64,000 bases of DNA from contig MU053934.1 in assembly GCA_013239625.1 (NCBI GenBank), positions 2,684,399 through 2,748,398 of the forward strand. Reading direction: 5' to 3'. Every line of letters begins with the position of its first letter. The stretch's first letter is position 1. The stretch comes from Lama guanicoe. Its lineage: Eukaryota. Under the pieces are notes generated by a model, which ran no database searches, was not told the DNA's origin, and worked only from the letters and a program-made list of their open reading frames with translations. Both the position numbers and the translations under genes were made by a program. This document shows, piece by piece, positions 26,101 through 37,800 of this stretch.

Positions 26101-28646
26101 CCTGGTTGCCTGAATGGCTCTTCACCCAGGTGGTCACGTGGCTGGCTGTCAGACCTCAGCTCAAATGTCACTTTTCCTCAGAGTCCCTCCTGCCAACTCA
26201 ACCCACAAATCACTAGCTCTCATAGCCCCATCCTTTGTGCACAGCACTCAGCACTGCCTGAAACTCCCTCATTTATTTACTTGTAGAACCAGTTTATTGG
26301 GGAATTTCCACTCAGTGGGCTCCAAACCTAACCCACCTTAACTTTTCTGCTTGCTTCCTCCCGTCCGCTCTGCCCAGTCCCCATTCCACTGGGTTTTCAT
26401 GTCGGGCAGATCCCAGCACACTTCGGGCACGCTTAGTTATTAAAACTCAGACCAGATCAGATCAAAACTCCAAGTCTTGGTTCAAAGCTCCTCTCCAGAA
26501 GTGGGCGAGAGGAACAAGAGCATTCTCTCCCCCTCTCTCTGGGGCACATTGAATGAAGGACCTTTTTGGGGTGGAGCCTCCTCCGTGACTGGCATCTCCT
26601 CAGGAGGGGACAGGCATATCCCCCTTCAGCCCGGCCAGTGAACAGGCCCCTGACCTCTCCCGGCGGGGGGAGGCGCAGTGTGCCTTATCCTGCAGTGTCC
26701 CTTTGCCCAACGACTCCCCTCTATGCAGGTCCCTACATGAGCCCTCTGGGGGTCATGTACAGCTGCCATGGGGGCACCTGTTCCTCCTGCTGACGGTGCA
26801 GTCTTCTCCCTCCTCCCCAAACCCCCTGGAGGGGGCCGGGCACAACTCCTGGGGATGTATGCCAAGCTCCCCCAAGGACGCCCTCACCACCCTGTCCCTG
26901 CAGTTGGCACCAGGCTCCTGCAGCTCAGCGAGCATGCAGCCAGGGAGCGCGGTGCCAGCCTCCTCTTCTTGGCAGCATCTCCTGTCTCATCTTAGGAGGA
27001 TTCTCTGGGGGTCTCCTTTGCCCGGTTCTGGGGATGGGGCTGGAGAAGGAGAGGTACACATTCACCGACATTGTCCACCCTTACTCCCTCCTCTTGACCA
27101 CTCGGTTTTCTTACATAAACAAGAAAGAGCAAGGAGCAGAGGGGCTGGGGGTGGCCCCTGGCAGCAGGGCCAATTCTGCCAACCCCAAAACACTCCAAAG
27201 GAGGTGTCTGGCCCCAGCCTTTTGTGATCTCTTTAGAAGGTAGGTTTCTTAGCATCTCTGACCACAGCTGTGGGTCCCAGTAACCAATTCTGGGGCAACT
27301 GGAAATGTCCCCTCCATGTCCCCTTGGTTGCTTATTGTAGATCCTCCCTTCTGGAACAGGGGACAAGAGACCAGCAGCTTGACATGACTAGTGCCTAGAA
27401 AAATGCCCGGCACAGCACAGACCCTCTGTAACTATCTTCTCAAAGGATGACTCAGTAAGAAGACCCTTGTGGCTACAGTGAGTTTGTGCTGAGAAGTTAC
27501 AGGAGGGGTGTGGGAAGGGCCTGAGGCGGCTGGCACTGTGCCCGATGCCCTTCACCGGTATTTCACTTCTCACGATGACCTTGAGGGGCAGCCTAGACCT
27601 CACCTCCTTCCACTCCCGGCCAAGCTCGGGAGGACGCAGAATTGGGCAACAGCTGTGGGCTGGGCTCTGGCATCCATGATTCTGATTCTGGTTCCTCATC
27701 TGTCAAAGTGGGACGATTAGACTCCATGTTGTAAGGGTTAAATTAGCTCATCTGTGTAATGTGCTTAGCGCATGTAGCGACATGGCAGGTCATACACAAG
27801 AACCGGAGTCACTTCCATTCCATCACTATCACCAGACAAACCCAGGTCTGTCTACCCCCAAAGCCGCGCTCTGCACAATGTGGGTGGCGTGGGGACTGAA
27901 AGAGGGTGACGACCCCCTGAGGCCCTGGGGCTGAAAGAAGCCGAGACCCCCAGGTGAGGGTGACAGTCAGAGGCGGCCTTCGATGCCAGACCGCGGCCCA
28001 CAGCCCTGATGTAAGAGGCAGTGAGGAATCTCTGTGGGTCTTTAATCAGGCGAGTGAAACGATGAAAGTGGTGTTTTAGGAAGATTAATCTGGCAGCAGA
28101 GACACGATGGAAAACAGTCAAGCTCAGTGCAAAGAATTATGGTTGCTGCCCGGCTCGCCGAGAGGCGGGTCATTAAAGGAAAGTGGCCTCGTTCTTGGCT
28201 CCTTGGGTGCACAGGGTTCCCGGCAGCTGGGAGGGGCCGGGTCTTTAGCAAGAAGAGGCACCAAGGGCGGCCGGCAGAGGGCACTGTCTTGCCAGGGACA
28301 GTAGCCACTGCCAGGGAGCTCTGGCATCTGGGCCTTGGAACAGGCAGCAAAGCTGAGTCTGTTAGAACAAGAAGGGGGCCATCAGCTCCCCTGGCCACGT
28401 GACAAGTTCCAAGCCGAGCAGCTCAACTGGCGCAAATTGTCAGCAGATCCCAATACCACTGTGGGATGTGCGCTCGGGGGAAGGCCCTTCAGGGTTAGGG
28501 TCAGGGATGCCCACCGTCACAAGCGCAGACTCCCAACATGGGAGGCTTTGGGGCTGCTCTGAAAGCTGGAGCCAAAGTGTAAAATGGCAGAAGGGCTGTC
28601 CCGGCCAAGAACGGACTGAGAAGCTGCTTCTGCATTTTCTCCTGAT

Positions 28647-28652
28647 TTTATT
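28647..28652 (-). terminator. IFT27 polyadenylation signal AATAAA
   Basis: tttatt on the plus strand, about 100 nt after the stop codon; first canonical hexamer in the 3' UTR. Confidence 0.75.
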
Positions 28653-28755
28653 TAAAGCTGTCCCGATAGATTGGAAGTGCCCAGGCAACTCCATCTTCCA
28701 AGGAGACGGAGCCCATGCCGAGTTCCCAGCAGCGCTGGGCGGTCCAGCCAGCCCC

Positions 28756-28854
28756 TCAGACCAGTGCGTGGAAAACCTCCAGCTTCTCCCGGTACAGGTG
28801 GTGGAACTGCTTGGCCAGGCAGTGGAAGGGCGCTTCGTAGTTTTCCATCTCTTT
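28756..28854 (-). CDS. IFT27: IFT27 exon 7 coding part ([10 protein letters not shown]...FHALV*)
   Basis: Acceptor tctctccag|AAA; TGA at 28758-28756. Confidence 0.95.
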   Translation of the reverse strand, partial: KEMENYEAPFHCLAKQFHHLYREKLEVFHALV

Positions 28855-31800
28855 CTGGAGAGACAAGTTGAAGAAGTTGGTTGGTTGGTTTTAGGATCGT
28901 CACAGAGAGCTGGCATTGCTCGCTCTTCCCTCCTGCTAGGGGCTCCGATCTTTGCCCCACTTCTCCTTCTCGCCCCTCGGGGCAGCTGCCACCCTTATGC
29001 CTGTTTTACAAGAAGGAAATGAGCCGCAGAGACAGTAAGGTCACTTGCCCAAAGCCACACACTTGTCTATGATGGAGCTGGACCTGAACCTAGATCTGTT
29101 CCCACAGAGCCTGTCCTTTGAGTGACTCTCACTATATGTGTGACAGTTCGTTAAAATGAAGACCCTTTCCCACTCAGTTTCAACTGAGGCCCCAAAGGTC
29201 AAAGCCAAACAGGAGACAGCAAGGCCCTCCGTGCTCTGGAGGGAAGACCAGGCAGGATGGACCCACCTCGCCTGTCGGGGGGCGCTGCTGCGGCCTTTCC
29301 CCCAGAGGAGGGGTGCTTCTCCTTCACCTGGAGCTCAGTGAGAGGGTCCCACAAGAAGACTGCAGCCTGGGGATTTAGGCCAGTGCTGGACCGAGAAAGA
29401 ATGGAGGTGAGATTGGGGCTGGCTCTTTAGATGGCTTAGCCAGGAGAAGGCAAACTGGGGACGGTCCACACTGCCTCCTCCGTCAAACTAGGGCTGCGGT
29501 CTGGACCAACAGCGGGCCAAGTGGGAGCCCAGCCTGGAGCTGTCTTAAAGGGGCAGCCTCCGGGAGGGTGGTGGGTTCCCACAAGAATGGATGGCTGGGA
29601 ACCAAGGCTGCAGGAAGGAGGAGGGGGTATCCCGGCCCAAGGAGGTGTCATCTGCAAGGTGGACGCTGCAGGTGAGAGAGTGCCCGATGGGGACAGGGAG
29701 GGCATCTCTGAAGTGCTCAAGGAGCATCAGCCCGAGGCACCTGGCAAGTCCCGAGGGGCCACAGCAGGTCCCAACACAGTGAGCTGGGGGGAAGCGCAGG
29801 CCCAGAAACACCGATGCAGCAGCCTGGCCCTGCTTCCCAGGGCAGGCTCAGGAGGCAGCGCTGACTGTAAATTAAGAATTTTGACAGTCGCTCAGGACTG
29901 GGCATTTTAATAAATGAAATAATGAATAATTTTGTGACTAAAGGTGCCCAACGGATTTTTTATTATCTGAGTGAGATCAGAAAAGTTCTGGAACTCGCCC
30001 TAGATTTTCTCCACTGTAGGATGAGAAGAACCAAGCCTACAGGGTGAGCATGACAAGCTCACAGGAAAGAGAATGGCACCCTCTCAACCTAACAGCTGTC
30101 ATTTCTCACTCTCCTGGTGCATGCCCTTGCATATTTAAAAATTATTTTTAAAGAAATAAGTTGGCAGAAGAAAAGTACCTACTACTTTCAAGACAGTAGC
30201 TCAAACTATGAACACACAGGAACCTGTCTTCAAACAGTCCTGGGCAGCTGGCGAAGTGCAGCCTTCATAAGAGACAGTGAAATATCCCCAACAAAATGGG
30301 ACACTTTCCCAAACAAAGAATGGAACAAAGTCATCAAGCTCAGCGCCTTCGTTTTCCAGACAGTGGCGGAGGTGGTGGGGAGGGGAGGGGAGGGGAGCGG
30401 GGGCCCAGCTGGTGTGCGCAGGGCCCAGTCTAGAACTCAGATCCCCCAGTTTGCGAAAAGCAGCCTTTCCATCCCGACAGCCCAGATGAGGGAAACGCAA
30501 AGGAAACCAGTTCCTGCGGAGAAATTTACCTGGACTTTCCAGCCAGGGAAGTCCCAAGGTGCACGGGACAAGCCACCAAGAGCAGAACCGGAGGCGGCAG
30601 GGCTGAGAGAGTGCTGAGGGCTAACAGGACCGTTTGTGGCCCCGCTGGGTGTCTGTACTAGGCTCATGACCGCCAAGGACAGGAAGGCCGTCGCTCTCCA
30701 GTGGGACAAAAGAGCAATAATAACTCAGTTAGACGTGTAAGGCACCTTTGGTTGGGCAGAGCATTACGTCCTAGGCAACGCCAACGTCAAATAGTAAAAT
30801 GTTAGATTGGTTGAAAGTATAGTTAACTGTTGAATGGGAAGAGCACGACGTCCACAAAGCACACGCATGAGGATCTTGAGATGAATTTGAAAGCTCTTGA
30901 AAGCTTGGTCTTGGGAGAACGCAACATGAAAAGCAAGGAACTCAATGGAGGCAAGGCTCTTTATGCACAAGGAGTGCTCCTGAAATAGCAGGTGTAAACG
31001 GGAACTATTTTCCAAATGCATTAGGAGGGCTTGCCAATGACAGGATCCTTTTGTTAAGTGACGAAGCACAATCCCGCTGACATAGTCTGGACACCCGGAG
31101 AGTCGGTCTGCTTTGCGTGCAGAATTCTTGGAGCAGGCTCAGACCAGTGCTCGATCTGGCCCAGAATTCCACCCCTGAGGCCCCCAAAGTAGGCTCTGCG
31201 GCAGCTCAAAGCCCCTTCTACAAGGTTACCAGACTGGACAGGCCTGTGTTCTAGTTCTGGTTCTCCGGCTCATTAGCTGGGCAACAAGGGAAAGCCACAC
31301 AATCTTTCTGAGCCTGTTTGTCATCAGTAAGATAGGGATGGTGGCGGCTGACTCGCAGGTCTGTAAGAAGCCTAGATAGGTGATGTGTGCAAAACACCAG
31401 GCACACAGTGGGTGCTTCACAGACACCCGGTCCCTTCCCCTCACCCTCCTGCAAGGGGAGCCATCCACTTGGATATTTCTTGAATTCACTTTTATTTAAT
31501 ATTGTCTAATTTCTTACAGTAATAGACAATGCATTAAAAAAATTTTAACTTCTGTTTAAAGAAAGGCTTTTTAATTTTTTATTGTGAAAATGCCAAATAT
31601 TAAGGAGGGTTAGAAAGTTATAGGGAAACCACGAAAGACCCCAAAAAGCCAAAGCAACCCTGAGAAAGGAGGACAAAGTTGGAGGCATCACGTGTCTTGA
31701 TTTCAAACCATATTATAAAGAGACAGTAATCAAAAGAGTATGATCTTGGCATAAAAACAGACACAAAGACCAATGAAACAAAACTGAGAGCCAAATAACC

Positions 31801-34800
31801 TCCACGTAGATACTCATCTACTATTTGACAGAGGAGCCAAGCATACTCATTGGGAAAAGATAGTTTCTTCAATAAATGGTGCCGGGAAAACTAGATATGC
31901 ACGTGCGAAAGGATGAAACTGGACTCCTATTTTATACCACTGACAAAAAGTAACTCAAAATGGATGAAAGACTTGAACTTAAGACCCGAAACCATAAAAT
32001 TCCTAGAAGAAAACATTGGAAAAAGATCCTTGACATTGGTTTTTGGCAATGATTTTATGACTATGACACCAGAAGCATGAGCAATGAAAGCACAAATCAG
32101 TTAAGCGGGACCACATCAAATTCAAAAGCTTCTGCACAGCAAAGGAAACCATCAACAGAATGAAAAGGCAACTCATGAAATGGGAGAAAATATTTGCAAA
32201 CCACACAGCTGATTAGGAGTTAATATGCAAACTACATAAGGAATTCATACAACTCAACAGTAAAAACTCAAATAATCTGAGTTTTTAAAATGAGCAAAGG
32301 ATCCATAATAGACATTTTCCCAAAGAAGGTAAATGGCCAACATGTACATGAAAAAAAAAAAAAGGTCCTGATCATTATTATCCAACAGGGAAATGCCAAT
32401 CAAAACCACAGTGAGATATCACTTCCCACCTGTTAGCATGGCTATTATCCAAAAGATAAGTGATAACAGGAGTTGGAGAGGATGTGGAGAAAAAGGGAAC
32501 CCTCGTGCACCACTGGTGGGTATGGAAACTGGTGCAGCCACTATGGAAAATAGCAGGGAGGTTGCTCAAAAATTAAAACTAGAACTACCGTATGACCCAA
32601 CAATCTCACTTCTTAGTATAAAACCAGAGGAAATGAAGCCAGCACCTGGGAGAGACAGCTGCATCCCCATGTTCACTGCCGAGACAACAGGTAAGACGTG
32701 GAAACAACCTAAGTTTACACTGATGAACGAGTGGATTAAAAAAATGTCGTGCACGCACACAGAGAAATACTATTCAGCCTAAATATTACAAAATACTGGA
32801 AAAGAAGGAAATCCTGTCATCCGTGACAACATGAATGAACCTTGAGGGCATTATGTTAAGTGAAATAAGCTAGATGAGAAAATACTGTATGTTCTCAGTT
32901 ATGTGTGGAATCTAACAAAAAAAACAAACTCATAGAAACAGAGCAGACTGGTGGTTGCCAGGGCAGTTGTGGCAGGGGTGGGGGGGTTCATGGGAGAAAT
33001 GGGTAAAGGTGGTCAAAGGGTACAAACCTCCAGTTTTAAAGTGAGTATGTTCTGGGGATGGAATTATAAATTAAAAAGTCAAATGACCACGTAGGTTTCT
33101 CCTTTAGGTCTGCAGGACAATTGCTGCTGCATTTATGAAGAAGAGAGGAAGAGAAGGGCTTGGTGTCAAGACTTGGCTGCGTCTCAAATAGCATTTGGTT
33201 ATATTTTCTTTTTAATTACAGCTTTCTTAACCGAGCTGCCAGTGGTGCCTCTGTTAGCATCAACTCAGGGGGGACTGGTTAACTTGCACAGTTAACACCA
33301 AGTGCTTAACTGCAGCCTCCTCAAACATAATTTATACCTGCTGGTTTCTAAACACCTGCTCGGACTTGAGACATGCAGATCAGTGGCCTTTGCTGATGGA
33401 AGTGTTGGGAGCGGGTGTTAATTTCTGAGTTCCGTCAAGTGGTCCAGGGAACTTGGGAAATTTGGGGCGGGGATGCAATTTCACGAGCATGAATGGAGGC
33501 AGGAACAGGGGAAATGAAGATATTGTTGGCTGCAGGCGGTACCCCTGACTGCTTTGCCCAAAGGCGTGCTGTGTAAAAGACGGGAAGCCCTCTACACAGT
33601 AAAAGCTCGCTAATTGGAACTTCATTAATTTAGCACTTGTGATCACTGGACCGGAGGTAAGACGGACATTTATCTTTGTACCATCTAGGAATACAAGGAT
33701 TTAGTAATAAGAGTGTAAACAAGATTACTGGGGGGGGAATATTTGTACTTAAAAAAAGCTAACATTTACTGAGTGTTTACTATGCCCCAGACTTTGTGCT
33801 AAATGTTTTTATATCCACCATCAGGCTTAATTCTCATATTTATTACTCAATGAGGGATATATTTTGTTATCTCCATTTCATAGGTGAGGAGCTGAGGCAC
33901 CAACAGGTTAACTAACGTGCCGAGGGGGCCACAGCTAGTTCTGCTTTTCACCATCAGAAATCAGAGCACCCACCTTTCCTCGCTATAATTTCCTTAAGGA
34001 AGCTTTGGGGGGATTTAAGAAATTCACACCCATACAGCAACTGAACAGCAACATTTGTCAAGTTTCATAGACGCAACAATAATGCCTGTAGTGTAAGCAG
34101 AGTTTGAGTGGAAAATGACCTCCAGGCTATTTATTAACTAGCCCATGGACTGCCTGGGAGGGCCAGAGAATCAGGGCCAGAGGCCGCAAGGCCAGGAGCG
34201 AGGTCCAAGTCACCACCAAGGGTGTTTGAGGCATGCCCCGGCGAGGGGGACAGCAGCCAGCCACCTTGGTCCCTACTGGCTCTGAAATGGATGTTTCTGG
34301 GCGGTTCCTGCAGGGAGGCCAGGACCTCAAATTTCCCTACATAGGAAGGGAGCTTCACCTGACATTATGAACGAGCCAAAATCATGATATCGTGGACTCA
34401 TGGTGCCGGGAACCAGTCACTCTGACTGTCCCCCTTAACGAGGGCTCCTGCTGACTACACCAGAGGACACTTGTGGCCTGGGGTCACCCTGGGGCTGCAG
34501 CAAGGTGAGACAGGGAGCACTGAGGGGGACCAGACATCATGGATCCGAGTCCTGGCTCCACCCTTTATTAGCTGAGTGACCTTGGGCCGGTCACTTCACC
34601 TCAGCACAAAGTGGGAACCACGGGGCCAGCTCCTGGATCATGATTTTGAGGGTCTATGAAATACTGTTCCAACAATGCCAGAACCCATCAAGCCTCATGC
34701 AAACGCGAAGCATCACTGTAATTGAACACAATACCCTTGTATTTCTCACTAATTGAGATACAGCTTTTCCCAGGGCTGGCTGGCTGGCTGATCATGTAAC

Positions 34801-37800
34801 ACATGAGTGACTTCTGCTATACTCAGGAAAGACCTTGGGCTAAGGATGCAAACATCAGTTCCAAATTAGACTCTGCATATGGCGGAATAACAACTCAACG
34901 CATGTGAGGTCACATGAAAAACCGCTTCCAGCAGAGGCCGGCTCCAGACTTGGCTACGGTGCAGGCAGAGACACTTACCACGGACGTTTCAAAATATTCC
35001 AGGCCTTGGCCCAGTGCCCACGCCCGGGCCTGCGCTGACTCCACCACTCGCCTGCCGGCCAGGTCTGTCTTGTTCCCCACCAGCACACCTACTCAAAAGA
35101 GATAAGCAGAGCATCACATTGAACTGTGCCAGGCTGGGAGGACAGCTGGAGAGAGAAAAGAGCAAGCAGCCTGCCTCTGCAGGGTGTAAAACGTCCTCTG
35201 AGAGGGCTTGCCTGACCCAAGGTGACCAGAAACTCCGCCTTTGCCCCCGAGGGCCCCAGCAGAGCAGATGGCCTGCGCTTTTCACACACAGCTTTTGCTC
35301 AGCCCCCTTTTCTAGACCTCACAGGTACCTGTCCGCTTTGTCTCCCTAAGGCTGCGAAGGCTGCAAAGGCGAGGACCAAACTGATGTGAGCCTTTGTGAT
35401 AATTCCTAGTACATGAGGCAAACTTTAAAAATGGTCATTAATACTAATGTGAGGACTGGGCTCAGAGTCAGAGACTCGGAGGTAATTTCATTCTGTTCCC
35501 AGCTGCATCCGCTGTAGCTAATTTTCAAGCCTGTCTCTGGAGATCGCTTTCCCTGCTCTGTAATGAGGACAATTTGTTGATCTCACATAGGGATGACAAA
35601 TAAACTGATTGAAAGCATTCAGAAGTGACAACGGGGCTTGCATGTTTACTGATGCTCCACATACAGGAGAAAATGAGGCAGGCTTCCCTGGGGTTGGCTT
35701 TCCAGAAATAACAACTCACGTTCATATTATAACACCTGACCCCTTATTATCTTGAGTCACCCCACAACCCTGCCAGGTGGGTGTCATTGGGCCCATTTTA
35801 CAGACCCACACAGAGGTGTGGCAACTCATGGAGGTTTCCATGGTTGGTAAGAGGCAGAATCAGTGTACAGTCCAGACTGTCACACTTTGAATCTGCCCAG
35901 GACACCCTTTTCTTGCACCCACGGCTATCTCTGCCATGACATTGCGCTCTTGAACTTGAAGGACAGGGATGCTGCTGGAGACCGCGGGTGCCTGCAGCTC
36001 ATACCTGGAAGGGCGGTGCCTGGGATCTGGGACCGAGCCTTCTCCAGCCATTTGCTGCAGTTGGTGAAGGACTGCTCGCTGGTCACATCATAGACGAGAC
36101 ACAAGACGTTAGGACTTTCCCACTGTGGAAGAGGGACAGGATGCGCACACATCACTGACAGCGCAAGTAACTTCTAGGCTGGGAGGAAATGCGGCCTTCC
36201 AAGGCAAGGGGCCACTGGGTGGAGGGAAATGAAAAATTCTAAAGGGGATGTGAGTCAGGAAATGGGGCCTCATCTACAGAAGAGAGCGACTGACCCACAG
36301 GAATGAATGGGAGGGCTGGGGGCCGCGGCGGCGGCGGGGAAGGCCCAGGGGAAGGTGATGACAATGGCGAAGGCAGGAGTTTGCATGGGCATTTTCTGTG
36401 CATCATTGGGAAACCTCCCACCATGGCAGGGCTGATCAGAGGATCCCTACCGTGGAGCCCAAGAAACTGAGTTGGGAGAGGGAACTGACTGGCCCAGGTC
36501 AGACAGGCATGAAACATCAGGGTGGGGCTGAGGCTCTTCTCTACCCGGAAGTGCTCTGCCCTCCCGGGTTTCATTAACTCATTCTTACTGAGGGCCCACT
36601 GTCATGCAAATCGGCATGCTTTTCTGCTTTGCAGGCCTGCGAGGGCATCCTTGTTTCATTAGCGAGTCACTGGAAGCTGGTTTGCTTACATCTTCTTAAT
36701 AAGGGCCTCCTGCTCAAAATGCAAAGGGCACTTGCTGCTTCTGCTGCAGTGTATCAGCTCTAATTCAGACCAGACCAACCACTGGACAGCGTTCGCTGTC
36801 CCAATTAAAAGCTATGCTCTCAAGGGCTGTCACCTTCAGGGGCTGCTCAGAGTCCTGGGCCATCCTGCTGCCTGGCACGGGGTCGCAGGACAGCCCTGCT
36901 CAGGCTGCGATGCTCACCCTGGTCCATGTGACTCTCGGCCATGCCCTGGTCTCTGGGGGCCCCCATCCTGCAGAATTAGAGTCTGGTTTATTTCTGGGGT
37001 GTCATGACCTCCCAGGGTGTGAAGGAGAATTCTTTTCCCTCTGGTTGTCCTTGAAAGGTCAGCCCAGGATGGGCTCAGGAGGCCTCATCCTCCTGCCCCC
37101 CAGGCTATGCTGGCTCTCAGAGGAGCTTAGACTAAATTGCTAAGCCCCTCATATCTTCACTCCGTAGACTAACTCAAGAACTCTAGCTAGAACCACACTG
37201 ACCTCCCCTGCGCAGACGCAGGAGAGGCCTCCTTCCTCCAAGCCTCAGTGAGGGGACCCAGGACAGGCCTAGGATGGAGCCAGAGCCGGACTGGAAGAGC
37301 CCGGGGTCTGAGCTAGAGGGGGAGGGTGTGAGTTGGTCAGGAGTGTGTGGCCCTGACTTGCCCAGACAGGGAAGCACCCAGGGCCAGGCCATGTGCACAG
37401 CAGGCATGTGGTAACATCAGAATTGCTGCGTGAGGCCAGCCCTGTGTGCAATGACCATCATTAGATCTATTTCTCTTAGACAACAACAACAACAAAAAAA
37501 GGGGAACAGAAAACAGTTCCTATTAAAATGTAGCTGTTCTTGGAAAGGCAGGGGAGGGCCCTGGAGATCTCAAACCTTCTAATTAGCTCACTGGCCCAAA
37601 TTAGCTGAACTGTTACTTCGGAAGGTACAGCAAGATGGATCCTGGGAGGATGGCTGGACCAGCCTAGGAGGGCAGCAGGGGCCTGTCCCAGAGCCCACCC
37701 TAGTGGGACCAGGGGCTGGGCAGGGAAGGTGAGCCTCACTATGGGACCTCTAGGGCACCCCCTAGAGGGGAAGGAAATCTTGGTTCCAGTCGGAGGAGGT

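Noticed and set aside
1..28600. CACNG2 exons expected from recalled synteny
   Set aside because: No stargazin-like coding sequence or large promoter CpG island seen
28399..29022. 207-aa plus-strand ORF
   Set aside because: Antisense shadow of IFT27 exon 7 and its 3' UTR
29268..29288. CTCF-like CCTGTCGGGGGGCGCTG (and a similar run at 17812-17831)
   Set aside because: Extra G or several mismatches at key core positions
30117..30617. 166-aa plus-strand ORF in IFT27 intron 6
   Set aside because: Non-ATG start, no family resemblance, and runs through a G-rich repeat
32393..32782. ORFs resembling reverse-transcriptase C-termini (also 20737-21081 and 53691-53891)
   Set aside because: Decayed L1 ORF2 fragments, not intact genes
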